A stretch of 63,862 bases of DNA from Nanobdellati archaeon (GCA_019429125.1 JAHYJO010000005.1:1-63862); one strand, 5' to 3'. Shown: positions 1-11,536, numbered from the stretch's first letter. Numbers and translations: made by a program. The notes: generated by a model not told the origin, from the sequence alone.

Positions 1-1
1 T

Positions 2-2596
2 GACAATTATTCAAGGTTAAACGATTTCATAACTGCCTGGGAAGACTTTGAAAAGTTAAAGAAAGAAAAAAATTACTTAGACTTTTCAGACCTCAATTAT
101 TATACATTAAAATTATTTCGTGAATTTAGCGCAAATAAAGAACAATATAAATACATATTCATAGACGAATTTCAAGACACAAACAAATTACAATTTGAAC
201 TGATAGAATTTATCGCTGACCAAAACATAACTGTAGTGGGCGACCCAAACCAGTCAATCTACGGATTCAGGGGTTCCTACAAAGAAAGTTTTGAACATTT
301 CAAAAAAGTATTCAATGTAGAACAAGTCCACAAGCTAGACAAAAGCTGGAGGTCACCGAATCAAATATTAAATGCTGCGCACGAGCTAATCAAAAACAAT
401 TATGAAAACGAAGAAGATTGCATTATAATCCAAAATGCAGAAAATATAGAAGGCGATAAAGTCAAAGTAACAGAATTAGTAAACAAAAATGAGGAAGCAA
501 GATACATCTCAGACCTGGTACAACAAAAGATAGACGAAGGGGTACCTAAAGACCAGATATGCATCCTTCACAGAACCCACAGCCAGGCCGAAGAAATAAA
601 AAATACACTAAAACTTAAAAACATACAATTTATCTCAGCCGGAAAAATTGACATGCTCCAAAAAAGAGAAATAAGAACAGTAATAGGATATCTGAGCATT
701 CTATCAAACTTAATTGACAGGTCAGGAACAGGCGAACAATCCTGGTGGGACCTGTTTCATTTTCAAAACACATTAAGCCCAGATGATTCAGTCAAGATTG
801 GCAGATACCTAAAAAAACATAATTCTTATGACACACCAATTGAAGACCAAATTGGCATTGACCAACTCCTGTTAAATGCCACCTCACAACTAGACCTCTC
901 CCAAGAAGGAAAGACAATAATAACACGAATAGTCAATAGATTACAAGAACTTATGAAATCCTCAAACAAACCATTACCACAAATAATACTTGACATCTAC
1001 GAAATTTCAGGATTGAACCGCGCATTCAGTCATCAAAGAAACATAAGTAACATTGAAAGCTTGATGAACCTAAAAAAGTTCTATGAACTTGCCGAAAGTT
1101 ACTATAATATCCACGAAAAAAACCTAACTGAATTTATCCGTTACCTAGAAATGGTAGACACATTAGGCGTCAACATTGACGCCTCAAAAATACTGCACGT
1201 AGATGCGGTACGATTAATGACAATACACGCCTCAAAAGGTCTCGAATTTGATGTAATCATAACCTGCAACCTTGCAAAAGACAGATTCCCAGTGGGCAGG
1301 ACACAAAATGAACCGTTAATCCCTAAAGAATTATTACCCGACTTCAAAGCACAAATTGATGACTGGAAAGAAGAGGGACTTGACGAGAAAGAGATTGAAA
1401 AAAAGATAAAAGATTACAATAAATCCATCCAGCTTTTTGAAGAGCGCCGACTCTGTTACGTCGCCTGGACAAGAGCTAAAAAAGAATTGTTTTTAACTTA
1501 CGCAACAAGTTACAACGACAAACCAGATTCTACTACAAGATCCATATTCTTAGACGAGATAAATTACACAGAAACATGCGATTTCACAAAAGACGAAGAC
1601 GAAAAATCATTATTTTTAGCGCCCAATTCCAATTCAGAGATGTACAAATCCATGCTAAAAGATCAACTAATGAAATCATTAGACACTGAAGACCTGACTG
1701 ACCTAAAAAAAAGACTGGTCACATATCTAGTCTGTCGAGATAAAAAATTAATTGACGACCCCTCAGCCGACCCAGACGAACTAAAGCGCCACCTTGAAAA
1801 ATGTACTGATAACCTTTCAGGGATAAAGTTCAGTGCAGAGACCTTCACATTCAGTCCAACTGCATTAATTGAATACTCTGAATGTCCAAAAAGGTTTGAA
1901 TTGCAAAAGATATACCAGATGCCACAACGTGGTGCATTCAAAACAAATGGTGCAGGAGCTGCAATGGGATTATTTATTCACAAGGTCTTAGAACTGGGCG
2001 TAATCCAAAAAGCAGATACTATCGATGCATACATAACTATTGCAACAAATCTGCAAAAAGAAAAGGTATGGAACCCAATAATAATTGATGACGCCATCCC
2101 TTTAATACAAATATTTTGGGAACGAAACAACCATAAAATAAATGGTAACTCAAAAACAGAAATAACATTGCCCTTAAAAATAGGCGATTTCAGATTCTTC
2201 GGTATCGCAGACAGGATTGACATATTAGAAGACGGTACAGTTGAACTGATTGACTACAAGACCAATAAAGGTTCAATAGCTCCCGAAAAAAGAGCACTGC
2301 AATTAGGATTCTATACACTAGCGCTCCAGGAAAAAGGCTACAAAGTATCCCGACTGACATTGGACATGCTAAAACTAGATAAGCCAATTGAGATGAAAAT
2401 TGATGGTGACAATGTCATCGCAGTGACTGGCTGCAATAAGACTGCAAACTTCAAGTTATCTGAATTAAAAGAAAAACTAATCCAATTAGCAAATAATATC
2501 AAAGACGATTATGAGCATTCTTTTGATTGCGCCGATAACGACGCATCTTGCCAGTTCTGCGGGTACAAGTTTTATTGTCCAAAATGGGATGAATGA
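2..2596 (+). CDS. UvrD/PcrA-family SF1 helicase fused to C-terminal PD-(D/E)XK nuclease with Fe-S cysteines (AdnA/AddA-like); 5' end lies outside the window
   Basis: The frame is open from base 2 and reads YIFIDEFQDTN (Walker B), VGDPNQSIYGFRG, LMTIHASKGLEF and EERRLCYVAWTRAK. The C-terminus has GIADRID...IDYKT plus CPKRF...CQFCGYKFYCP. Confidence 0.9.
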   Translation, partial: DNYSRLNDFITAWEDFEKLKKEKNYLDFSDLNYYTLKLFREFSANKEQYKYIFIDEFQDTNKLQFELIEFIADQNITVVGDPNQSIYGFRGSYKESFEHFKKVFNVEQVHKLDKSWRSPNQILNAAHELIKNNYENEEDCIIIQNAENIEGDKVKVTELVNKNEEARYISDLVQQKIDEGVPKDQICILHRTHSQAEEIKNTLKLKNIQFISAGKIDMLQKREIRTVIGYLSILSNLIDRSGTGEQSWWDLFHFQNTLSPDDSVKIGRYLKKHNSYDTPIEDQIGIDQLLLNATSQLDLSQEGKTIITRIVNRLQELMKSSNKPLPQIILDIYEISGLNRAFSHQRNISNIESLMNLKKFYELAESYYNIHEKNLTEFIRYLEMVDTLGVNIDASKILHVDAVRLMTIHASKGLEFDVIITCNLAKDRFPVGRTQNEPLIPKELLPDFKAQIDDWKEEGLDEKEIEKKIKDYNKSIQLFEERRLCYVAWTRAKKELFLTYATSYNDKPDSTTRSIFLDEINYTETCDFTKDEDEKSLFLAPNSNSEMYKSMLKDQLMKSLDTEDLTDLKKRLVTYLVCRDKKLIDDPSADPDELKRHLEKCTDNLSGIKFSAETFTFSPTALIEYSECPKRFELQKIYQMPQRGAFKTNGAGAAMGLFIHKVLELGVIQKADTIDAYITIATNLQKEKVWNPIIIDDAIPLIQIFWERNNHKINGNSKTEITLPLKIGDFRFFGIADRIDILEDGTVELIDYKTNKGSIAPEKRALQLGFYTLALQEKGYKVSRLTLDMLKLDKPIEMKIDGDNVIAVTGCNKTANFKLSELKEKLIQLANNIKDDYEHSFDCADNDASCQFCGYKFYCPKWDE

Positions 2597-2726
2597 ATAA
2601 AAACCCAAACCTCATCATGAACTAATAATAGTTCATATAAACTAAAAAGAGTTCAATAGTTTTTATCTGTTCAGCTGAACTGGCTTAATAAACGCTATCT
2701 TCTACCATTTTTCTGACGTCAGCAAA

Positions 2727-3345
2727 ATGGTTAAATTAGGATCTGATGCAGAAAGAAACATTGATGATATAATACTAACAAGATACGCATGTTATATCAT
2801 AGCACAAAATGGTGATCCCAGAAAAGAAGAGATTGCTTTTGCCCAGAGTTATTTTGCTATCCAGACAAGAAAACAAGAGCTTATAGAAGAAAGAATAAAA
2901 CTTAAAGAACGTTTTGATGCCAGAGAAAAACTAGTAAACTCCGATACCGAATTATCAGAATTGATATATGAACGCGATGTTGATGAAAAAGGTTTTGCAA
3001 TGATTCGTAGCAAGGGTGACAAATCATTATTCGGAGGATATACAACTAAAGAGATGAAAGTAAAACTTAACATTCATCAAAACAGACCCATTGCAGACTT
3101 TTTACCGACAGTGACAATAGCTGCAAAGAATTTAGCAACAGAGATAACCAATTTCAATGTAAAAAAAGAGGATTTACGAGGTGAAAATAGTATTACTTAT
3201 GAACACGTCAAAAATAATCAAGATGTGAGAAAACTTTTAGGCAAGAGTGGAATAAAACCAGAGAAACTGCCCTCCTGAAGAAGATATAAAAAAAGTTGAA
3301 CGACGACTGAAAACAAACGAACAATCCTTGGTAGATAAATCCTGA
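2727..3345 (+). pseudogene. dinD: DNA-damage-inducible protein D (DinD), N-terminally truncated with a frameshift near the 3' end
   Basis: Contains [35 protein letters not shown] and FAMIRSKGD. There is an upstream in-frame stop at 2676. One extra C near 3270 gives LPS*, whereas the shifted frame continues [13 protein letters not shown]. Confidence 0.75.
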
Positions 3346-3438
3346 GCATAAATTAAATACTAAAAAATAAATATCTCCCAAAATTATAATAGGTACTTTA
3401 AACAATATCTATATATAATTATAGATTGTTTATAAAAT

Positions 3439-4689
3439 ATGGTTTTTACTATGAATCAAAAAGATATAGAATTTGAAATTAATCCACTCAGATTACAATA
3501 TATCCTAGATTTATATAGGTTATCTAATGACGATTTTATCAAATTATTAAATTCTGGGCGAAAAAAAGAGTTATTAAATTTAGATAGATTAAATTCTATA
3601 TTAACAAAAAAAGAAAAGATAAATATTTCTGTCTTAAAAAATATAGATAATATTTTCAAAAAAGGTTTAACCTGGTATATTTCTAATAGGGATCTTCCCG
3701 AAAAAAAAGCAAGTAGCATATTCTTTAGAAAAGACACATTTAATAGTGACTTAAACTTTGAATCAAAAAAACGAATAGCAAATTATGAGGAATTAAAATT
3801 GGAATTAGAAATACTTTGTAAACAAATTGATTTTACACCTAAAAAAAGACTTAACAAATACAGACTATCTGATACTCCTAATGTTGTTGCAAAAGAGATA
3901 TTGACAATTTTTAATGAAATGGAAACACAGATGATTGAAAAGAAATATATTAAAAAAGCGAGTTGTGATCGTGATTATCTCAAGAATTTATTTAGGGTCT
4001 GCGAACAGTTCAATATTTTTATATTTGAATTTATCGATAGAAATCGAAAAGAAGAGAAAGTAATAAGTTTCAATGGCATGTTTATGTTACCAAACATGAT
4101 TGTTCTCAAACGGCAACAACCCTATTTGAGACGAGAAATATTTACATTATTGCATGAATTAGCTCATTATCTGCTAGATTTTGAAGAAATAGATGAAACC
4201 GTTGAGACTAATGCTTTTGATAATTTAAATTCAGTTGAAAGATGGTGCAATGATTTTACATATCATTTCTTGATAAAAGGCTATGATACAGAATTATCTG
4301 ATTTAAAACAAGCATCAATTGATAATGATTTCTATAAGGGTGAAATGAAAAATCTGCATGACAAGACTTATTTGAGTGAATTTGCATTATTTACTCGATT
4401 AAAGATAGAGAGTAAGATATCTAGTTCTGATTATATTCAGATAAAAAATGAAATGTTAAAGACTCTTGCGAAACAGAAACAAGATGAAACGAGACAGTTT
4501 GAAGGAAAAAAATTATTAGCAGAAGAACAAGGAAAAAAACTATTCATTTGTGGACCTAAAGAAATAAGATCCAAGTTATTTGAAGAGATTGTAAAAATAA
4601 ATTATTTTGAAGGAAAAATAAATGAAAACAAATTAAGGGAACACCTAAAAATCAAATCTGACATGAGTATTGATAAGGTGATTTATTGA
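3439..4689 (+). CDS. ImmA/IrrE-family metallopeptidase with putative N-terminal HTH-like region
   Basis: REIFTLLHELAH (HExxH) followed by ERWCNDF, typical of the family. Confidence 0.8.
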   Translation: MVFTMNQKDIEFEINPLRLQYILDLYRLSNDDFIKLLNSGRKKELLNLDRLNSILTKKEKINISVLKNIDNIFKKGLTWYISNRDLPEKKASSIFFRKDTFNSDLNFESKKRIANYEELKLELEILCKQIDFTPKKRLNKYRLSDTPNVVAKEILTIFNEMETQMIEKKYIKKASCDRDYLKNLFRVCEQFNIFIFEFIDRNRKEEKVISFNGMFMLPNMIVLKRQQPYLRREIFTLLHELAHYLLDFEEIDETVETNAFDNLNSVERWCNDFTYHFLIKGYDTELSDLKQASIDNDFYKGEMKNLHDKTYLSEFALFTRLKIESKISSSDYIQIKNEMLKTLAKQKQDETRQFEGKKLLAEEQGKKLFICGPKEIRSKLFEEIVKINYFEGKINENKLREHLKIKSDMSIDKVIY

Positions 4690-4690
4690 T

Positions 4691-5260
4691 ATGGGTGTAC
4701 GTTTTGTTATTGATGCATGCAGTATTTTAGATTTTCAAAAATATTATATATTTGATAAATTAAATGGTGGAATTGTTTATTCCAAACTGATTGGTTTTTT
4801 ATTATCAAAAGTAAAATTTGGTGAAATAATCATAATTGATAAAGTTTATAACGAGATATACACAACTAAATATACCAAAAGCCTAAAATCTGCTGTTAAA
4901 CCTTATATTGTTGACACTCTTTTTCTGTTTCCTGAAGTTGAAAAATTAATAAAAAACAATACAAGAAATGATGTGATAGACTTGTTTGAATTGAGTAAAT
5001 CTCAAATAGAATATAAATTACGCAAATATGAAGATCAACACGCCGATTTATATATGATTGCTTATTGTGAATTTTTAAAGAAAAAAAAGATAGAATCTAT
5101 TTTGATTACTGAAGAAACATTCAACAATGATAAAAAGATAATCGAAAAGATACCTACTATCTGTAAAAAAGAAAAGATAGAATTTAGAAAAGTTCCTTAT
5201 TTTTTATTTGATATCTATAAAGATGAATTAAAATTTAAATTAGATCTTGAAATCCAATGA
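4691..5260 (+). CDS. DUF4411-like PIN-domain protein
   Basis: N-terminal VIDACS, then ADLYMIAY, ILITEE and KIPTICK. Lies 1 nt after the ImmA/IrrE gene, which is the usual pairing. Confidence 0.7.
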   Translation: MGVRFVIDACSILDFQKYYIFDKLNGGIVYSKLIGFLLSKVKFGEIIIIDKVYNEIYTTKYTKSLKSAVKPYIVDTLFLFPEVEKLIKNNTRNDVIDLFELSKSQIEYKLRKYEDQHADLYMIAYCEFLKKKKIESILITEETFNNDKKIIEKIPTICKKEKIEFRKVPYFLFDIYKDELKFKLDLEIQ

Positions 5261-5592
5261 ATGGATGTTATTTATTTTGTGTTACGTCCTATGATTATGT
5301 CACCCTAGGGATACGTTTAAGTTTTCATAACAAATTATCAACAAAACAAAAAGTTCTTTATACACATCTCAATTAACTATATAAATGTGACCGACTAATA
5401 TATCTTATAGTGAAAAACAACTTTTCCTATGCTTATTTAAGGTGGTTTTAAAAGAAAACAAAGTATTAAAGACAATTCTGGCACAATCTTCGTAAAATGA
5501 TAAGATTTATGCCTTTGCCGAACTTGTTTTTTCAAATACTCCAACAATATTATAATTAGCAAAAGATATTGACTTTTATTGATGTGAAACAG

Positions 5593-7974
5593 ATGGATAC
5601 AGACGAGACAAACAACATAAAAAAAGAATATGGTGGGAACCAGATTAAAGTTCTTGAAGGTCTTGAAGCCGTACGTAAACGTCCCGGAATGTATATAGGA
5701 GACACAGGACAAAGAGGGCTCCATCATTTAGTCTATGAGATTGTGGACAATTCTATTGATGAATCTCTGGCAGGATATTGCAAAAACGTATTAGTTATAG
5801 TAAATAAAGACGGAACAGTATCCGTTGAAGATGACGGCCGTGGAATACCGGTTGACATCATGCCTGAACACGGAAAACCTGCAGTCGAGATAGTGCTTAC
5901 AAAACTGCACGCCGGTGGTAAATTTGACAAAGATTCTTATAAAGTCTCAGGCGGTCTTCACGGTGTGGGTATCTCAGTTGTAAATGCACTTTCAGAAACT
6001 CTTGAAGTCACAGTAAAACGCAACGGCAAATTATACAACCAAAAATATTCGCGTGGTGCACCCCAAACAGAACTAACAATAATTGGCGACAGTGACTCAA
6101 CCGGTACTAAAGTAACATTCTTGCCAGACAACACAATATTTCCGGAGATAGCATTTAATTCAGACATCTTAAAAGGCAGAATCAAAGAGCTGGCATACCT
6201 GAACAAAGGTATAAAGATAATATTTACAGACAAGAGAACCGATGAGGAAATAATATACCAGTTTGAAGGTGGTATAATGTCGCTTGTCGAAGAGTTAAAT
6301 GAGGCAAGGACAAAATTACACGAAAATGTAATCTATCTAACAAAGACAGACAATGACGTTGAAGTAGAGATTGCAATGCAGTACACAGACTCATATTCAG
6401 AGATGATTTTATCTTTTGTAAACAGCATAAACACAATTGAAGGCGGCACTCACTTAAGCGGTCTTAAATCAGCTTTATCAAAAGTAACAAACAGCTACAT
6501 AAAAAACAACAAGATTTCAAAAGAAGAAGTCCTTCTTACAGGCACAGATTTCCGTGAAGGTCTAACTGCCGTAGTATCAATTAAAGTGCAAGAACCACAA
6601 TTTGAAGGTCAGACAAAGACAAAACTAGGTAACAGTGAAGTCAAAGGTATAGTGGAATCAATAGTATCCTCAACATTATCCGAATTCTATGAAGAGAACC
6701 CAACAACTGCAAGACTAATCTGCGACAAAATCTTATCTGCATCAAAGGCACGTCTAGCTGCACAGAAAGCCCGAGACCTTGTAAGGCGAAAGTCAGCATT
6801 ATTTTCATCAAGTTTGCCTGGAAAACTGGCCGATTGCGCAGAAAAAGACGCATCCAAATGCGAGATATACATCGTGGAAGGAGACTCAGCTGGCGGTTGT
6901 TTTTCTGGAGATACACTCGTTGCTTTAGCTGATGGACGTAATTTAAGTTTTAAAGATATCATAAAAGAACAAGAAGTGGGAAAAGAACATTTCTGTTATA
7001 CTATTAAAAAAGATGGCAAAGTAGGTCTTGAACGCATAATCAATCCGCGTATGACAAAAGCAAATACTGACGTTATAAAAATCAATTTAGATAATGGTAA
7101 TGATATCATCTGCACTCCTGACCATCCATTTATGTTAAGGGACGGTACATTTAAACCAGCAGAATCATTAGTTCAAGATATATCGCTTATGCGTGTCTTT
7201 GATAAAAAATCAGAATCAATTCCAATGTCAGATGCAATAGCAACTTCAAATTCTAATATAGTTTCTATTGAAAAAATAAAAAACCAAATGGATGTCTATG
7301 ACATTGAAGTACCAAACACTCATAATTTTGCTCTTGCAAGTGGTATCTTTGTACACAACAGTGCCAAGCAAGGCAGATCCCGACACAACCAAGCAATATT
7401 GCCATTGAAAGGAAAAATATTAAATGTAGAAAAGGCAGGCATGGCAAAGATGTTCAAAAGTGAAGAGATAACAAACCTGATTACAGCTATTGGCACAGGT
7501 GTCGGTGACCAGTTTGACCAAACAAAATTAAGATATCACAAGATTATAATAATGACCGATGCAGATGTTGACGGGGCTCACATAAGCACACTTATCCTGA
7601 CATTTTTATACCGTTACATGAAAGAGTTAGTTGAAGAGGGAAACATCTATCTTGCAATGCCACCTCTTTACAAGATCCAGTCCGGAAAGACAATAACTTA
7701 TGCGTATACTGACAAGGAAAAAGAAGCGATATTAAGTTCAGATGAATTACGATCCAGTGCAAAGATCCAGAGATACAAAGGTCTTGGTGAAATGAACCCT
7801 GACCAGCTTTGGGAAACTACCATGAACCCAGAGACCAGGTCACTCAAAAAGATATCAATAACCGATGCGATTGAAGCTGACAAGACATTCACAGTCCTTA
7901 TGGGCGACAATGTAGAACCACGACGGAAGTTCATAGAGGACCATGCAGGTGAAGTAACTAATTTAGATGTATAA
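5593..7974 (+). CDS. gyrB: DNA gyrase subunit B (intein-containing)
   Basis: Motifs IKVLEGLEAVRKRPGMYIG, LHAGGKFD, EGDSAGG, IMTDADVDG and QRYKGLGEMNP. ATG at 5593 is preferred over the TTG at 5569. Confidence 0.97.
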   Translation: MDTDETNNIKKEYGGNQIKVLEGLEAVRKRPGMYIGDTGQRGLHHLVYEIVDNSIDESLAGYCKNVLVIVNKDGTVSVEDDGRGIPVDIMPEHGKPAVEIVLTKLHAGGKFDKDSYKVSGGLHGVGISVVNALSETLEVTVKRNGKLYNQKYSRGAPQTELTIIGDSDSTGTKVTFLPDNTIFPEIAFNSDILKGRIKELAYLNKGIKIIFTDKRTDEEIIYQFEGGIMSLVEELNEARTKLHENVIYLTKTDNDVEVEIAMQYTDSYSEMILSFVNSINTIEGGTHLSGLKSALSKVTNSYIKNNKISKEEVLLTGTDFREGLTAVVSIKVQEPQFEGQTKTKLGNSEVKGIVESIVSSTLSEFYEENPTTARLICDKILSASKARLAAQKARDLVRRKSALFSSSLPGKLADCAEKDASKCEIYIVEGDSAGGCFSGDTLVALADGRNLSFKDIIKEQEVGKEHFCYTIKKDGKVGLERIINPRMTKANTDVIKINLDNGNDIICTPDHPFMLRDGTFKPAESLVQDISLMRVFDKKSESIPMSDAIATSNSNIVSIEKIKNQMDVYDIEVPNTHNFALASGIFVHNSAKQGRSRHNQAILPLKGKILNVEKAGMAKMFKSEEITNLITAIGTGVGDQFDQTKLRYHKIIIMTDADVDGAHISTLILTFLYRYMKELVEEGNIYLAMPPLYKIQSGKTITYAYTDKEKEAILSSDELRSSAKIQRYKGLGEMNPDQLWETTMNPETRSLKKISITDAIEADKTFTVLMGDNVEPRRKFIEDHAGEVTNLDV
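6898..7359 (+). mobile_element. Mini-intein (154 aa, no homing endonuclease) in the GyrB TOPRIM motif
   Basis: EGDSAGG|CFSGDTLVALADG...CTPDHPF...VYDIEVPNTHNFALASGIFVHN|SAKQGR. Cys1, block B TxxH, terminal His-Asn and Ser+1 are all present. Confidence 0.95.
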
Positions 7975-7994
7975 TTATAGAAGCGTGAAATTTT

Positions 7995-10817
7995 ATGGAT
8001 AATAACGAGAAGTCTGAAGACGGAAACAAGAACATAATACAGGTATCTCTTGAAAGGGAGATGAAAAGGTCTTACTTAGATTATTCTATGAGTGTCATTG
8101 TAGGTCGTGCTTTACCTGACGTCAGAGACGGTCTGAAACCAGTCCATAGACGTGTTCTTTACGCAATGTATGACACCAGTCTTCTATCAAACAAACCATA
8201 TCGAAAAAGTGCAAGGCTAGTGGGAGAAGTCCTAGGTAAATATCACCCTCACGGTGACACGGCAGTATATGATACGATTGTCCGTATGGCTCAAGATTTC
8301 TCATACAACCACACACTAGTGGATGGTCACGGCAATTTCGGTTCAGTTGACGGTGACTCAGCTGCAGCAATGCGATATACAGAAGTCCGGATGTCGAAAA
8401 TTTCTGAAGAGCTTCTTCGCGACATAAACAAGGAGACTGTAGATTTCAAACCTAATTTTGATGATTCATTGCAAGAACCGTGCGTACTTCCATCAGTTGT
8501 ACCTCATCTGCTTTTAAACGGTTCAGAAGGGATTGCAGTTGGTATGGCAACAAAGATGCCACCTCACAACTTAAGGGAGGTGTGCAATGCAGTCATCATG
8601 CAGATGGATAACCCTCAAGTATCAGTTACAGACCTTAATGAGGTATTATTAGGACCCGATTTTCCTACTGGAGGATTGATGTATGGCAAGACTGGCATCA
8701 TGTCAGCCTACAAGACAGGTCGCGGAAAAATTAAGTTACGGGCAAGAGCAGTAATTGAAGATGACACAGACTCAAAAGAGAGAATCATAATCACAGAATT
8801 GCCATACCAGGTAAACAAGGCAAATCTTATCAAAAAGATTGCAGGGTTAGTGTCTGAAAAAGTCATTGAGGGTATTAGAGATATAAGAGATGAATCAGAC
8901 CGTGATGGTATGCGCGTCGTCATCGAACTTTCAAGGAATGCAAATTCACAGGTAGTTCTTAACCAGCTATTCAGGCACACAGACATGGAGATAACTTTTG
9001 GTATAATAAATCTTGCACTTGTTGACAATAAACCCCGAGTTCTTGCATTAAACGAGATCATCGCATATTTCATAGACCACCGAATAATTGTCATAACCAG
9101 AAGGACTGTGTTTGAACTTAAAAAAGCAGAAGCACGTGCACACATCCTTGAAGGTTTAAGAATAGCGCTCTCAAACATTGATGACATAGTGACATTAATC
9201 AAATCATCCAAATCCAAAGAAGAAGCTAAAGAACGTTTGATGGACAAATATTCATTTTCAGAACTTCAGGCAGATGCAATTCTTGCCATGCGCCTTTCAA
9301 CACTCACTGGTCTAGAACGTGAAAAGATAGATGCTGAGTACGATGAATTATTAAAGATTATAACTCGCCTTAAAGAAATCTTAGAGTCTCGTGAGGAAAT
9401 CATGAAGATTATAAAAGATGACCTTTTAGATATTAAAGAAAAATACGGTCATGATAGGTTGACTGAGATAGCTTCAGGCGGCGACATCGACATGATTGAA
9501 GATGAAGACTTAATCCCAAGAGAAGAGATGGTCGTAACAATCACTGAGGCAGGATACATAAAACGAGTAAACCAAGACGAATATAAAGCACAGCGCCGTG
9601 GCGGTAAAGGTGTCATCGGCATGACGACCAAAGAAGAAGACTCAGTCGCGGACATGTTTACTGCATGCACACACGATTACCTTTTATTCTTCTCAGACCA
9701 GGGCCAGATTAGGTGGATGAAAGTTTACGAATTGCCTGAAGGCGGAAGATATTCCAAAGGTCGCGCAATAGCCAACGTATTAGATTTACGAGACGGTGAA
9801 GAGATAAGGTCTGTATTACCTTCAAACCAGCTTGACGACAAACATTATTTGGTTATGGTATCAAGGAACGGTGTAATAAAGAAAACAAGCGCAGCACTGT
9901 TCGCAAAACCAAGAAAGGGCGGTATCCGCGCACTAACTTTACGTGAAGGTGACGACCTAGTATCTGTAAGTCTCACAGACGGCACAAAAGACATATTTAT
10001 AGGCAGTCAAGGTGGTAAGGCTATCCATTTCAATGAGAGCGAGATTAGACCTATGGGCCGTACTGCAGCCGGTGTCCGTGGCATAAAACTAAATGAGAGC
10101 GACTATGTCATAGGTATGGCAATAACTGAGTCCACAGGTTGTATTTTGACAATATCTGAGAAAGGATACGGTAAGAGGACACAGGTATCGGAGTACAGGG
10201 AAACCAAGCGTGGCGGTAAAGGTGTGCGCAACCTATTAGTTACGGAAAAGACAGGTAATGTCATGGCTGTCCGTTCAGTTGTAGACTCAGACGAAATCAT
10301 GTTAACAAGCGCAGCCGGTAAATTAATCAGGACTTACATTTCAGACATATCAATCATCGGAAGGAGTACTCAAGGTGTTAGAATCATGCGCATAGGTGAC
10401 GATGATAAGGTCATGGCAGTTAGCATCATACCGGAGAAAGAAGATGAAGATGAAGAGTCTGATAAAACTGAGACTGATACAAAATATTATGATTCGGGTT
10501 CAAGTGTTGTAGCAGTTACAGGAGCGGGTGTTGTAGCATCTTCAGTCAGTGTAGATAAAGATGATGCTGACGAAGATATTGAGACTGATGGCGAAGAAGC
10601 TGAAGAAGATAATGAGGATGAGATTGATATTGCAGAAGATGATGAAGAAGTAAAAGAGGAAAATGATGAAGTGGATGAGGATGATGAGGAAGTAGATGAA
10701 GCAGTATATACAGATGACGTAAAAGCTAAAAAAGATAAAGATAAAGATAACCCTGAATTGTTCGGTGACGATGACGAGATAGATGCTGATGGAGAAGAGA
10801 ACTCAGAAGAAGAATGA
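7995..10817 (+). CDS. gyrA: DNA gyrase subunit A with long acidic C-terminal tail
   Basis: [31 protein letters not shown] (catalytic Tyr), GyrA-box QRRGGKG and beta-pinwheel repeats. Confidence 0.97.
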   Translation: MDNNEKSEDGNKNIIQVSLEREMKRSYLDYSMSVIVGRALPDVRDGLKPVHRRVLYAMYDTSLLSNKPYRKSARLVGEVLGKYHPHGDTAVYDTIVRMAQDFSYNHTLVDGHGNFGSVDGDSAAAMRYTEVRMSKISEELLRDINKETVDFKPNFDDSLQEPCVLPSVVPHLLLNGSEGIAVGMATKMPPHNLREVCNAVIMQMDNPQVSVTDLNEVLLGPDFPTGGLMYGKTGIMSAYKTGRGKIKLRARAVIEDDTDSKERIIITELPYQVNKANLIKKIAGLVSEKVIEGIRDIRDESDRDGMRVVIELSRNANSQVVLNQLFRHTDMEITFGIINLALVDNKPRVLALNEIIAYFIDHRIIVITRRTVFELKKAEARAHILEGLRIALSNIDDIVTLIKSSKSKEEAKERLMDKYSFSELQADAILAMRLSTLTGLEREKIDAEYDELLKIITRLKEILESREEIMKIIKDDLLDIKEKYGHDRLTEIASGGDIDMIEDEDLIPREEMVVTITEAGYIKRVNQDEYKAQRRGGKGVIGMTTKEEDSVADMFTACTHDYLLFFSDQGQIRWMKVYELPEGGRYSKGRAIANVLDLRDGEEIRSVLPSNQLDDKHYLVMVSRNGVIKKTSAALFAKPRKGGIRALTLREGDDLVSVSLTDGTKDIFIGSQGGKAIHFNESEIRPMGRTAAGVRGIKLNESDYVIGMAITESTGCILTISEKGYGKRTQVSEYRETKRGGKGVRNLLVTEKTGNVMAVRSVVDSDEIMLTSAAGKLIRTYISDISIIGRSTQGVRIMRIGDDDKVMAVSIIPEKEDEDEESDKTETDTKYYDSGSSVVAVTGAGVVASSVSVDKDDADEDIETDGEEAEEDNEDEIDIAEDDEEVKEENDEVDEDDEEVDEAVYTDDVKAKKDKDKDNPELFGDDDEIDADGEENSEEE

Positions 10818-11370
10818 TTTTGTAATATTTGATTATATGTTTTATTTAGGTATAATTTAAATTAGTATGTGTTAATAACCTACGTTTAACAGTTTAAGAC
10901 TATTTCATTCTGAAACCTATTTGACAGAAGTTAATTCTTGGGAATTTTTGCTCAAGACATTATGTAATTCTTTGATTTTTTATTGTATTACCCACAATAA
11001 AAAAGCTTGAAATTCACAAAAGACTTTAAAATTTCTTGATTTTTGACTAAAAATAAGTTGAATTCGGGATAAAAATAAGGATAAATGTCTATTTGTTTCA
11101 TAATTTTTGTAAATTTTAACCCAACTGTCAAATTCATTTGGCTAATTTTTGTGAATTTTCTTAATTTTTATTCTATATTAAATCTGAATTTCAATATAGA
11201 TCAAACCATAATAACCTATTTTGATTTCTGAATACAAACTGTCAAATGAGGTATTGAAAAATAGGTGAAAAAACATAAAAAACGCAATCAATTAACATAC
11301 TAATATCTGTCGAATTCAGGTATTTAAAAAACGCAAAAAAAACAAAAAAGTCCGAAATGTCAAAGTTGGG

Positions 11371-11536
11371 TTTTAACAGTTCTATTTTATTTTTGATTGC
11401 ATTAAATAACGTTTGGTGATCACTACTTTTCTATATTCTTTAATATCTCTTCACCAACTTTCTGATTTAATAGTTCAAATTCCTCTTTAGCGTTTCCAGT
11501 AATCATTACTTTTATTGTTTTTATCTTATGATTCAT
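11371..11536 (-). pseudogene. Frameshifted, truncated small gene; possibly the toxin (RelE-like) half of a TA-like pair
   Basis: Reads MNHKIKTIKVMITGNAKEEFELLNQKVGEEILKNIE, then shifts frame and continues SSDHQTLFNAIKNKIELLK. Its start overlaps the restored stop of the upstream gene (ATGA). The family call is from recollection only. Confidence 0.4.

Noticed and set aside
2-2596. Cas4 or CRISPR-associated nuclease
   Set aside because: The Fe-S PD-(D/E)XK domain is fused to a UvrD helicase, as in AddA/AdnA-type repair enzymes, and there is no cas context.
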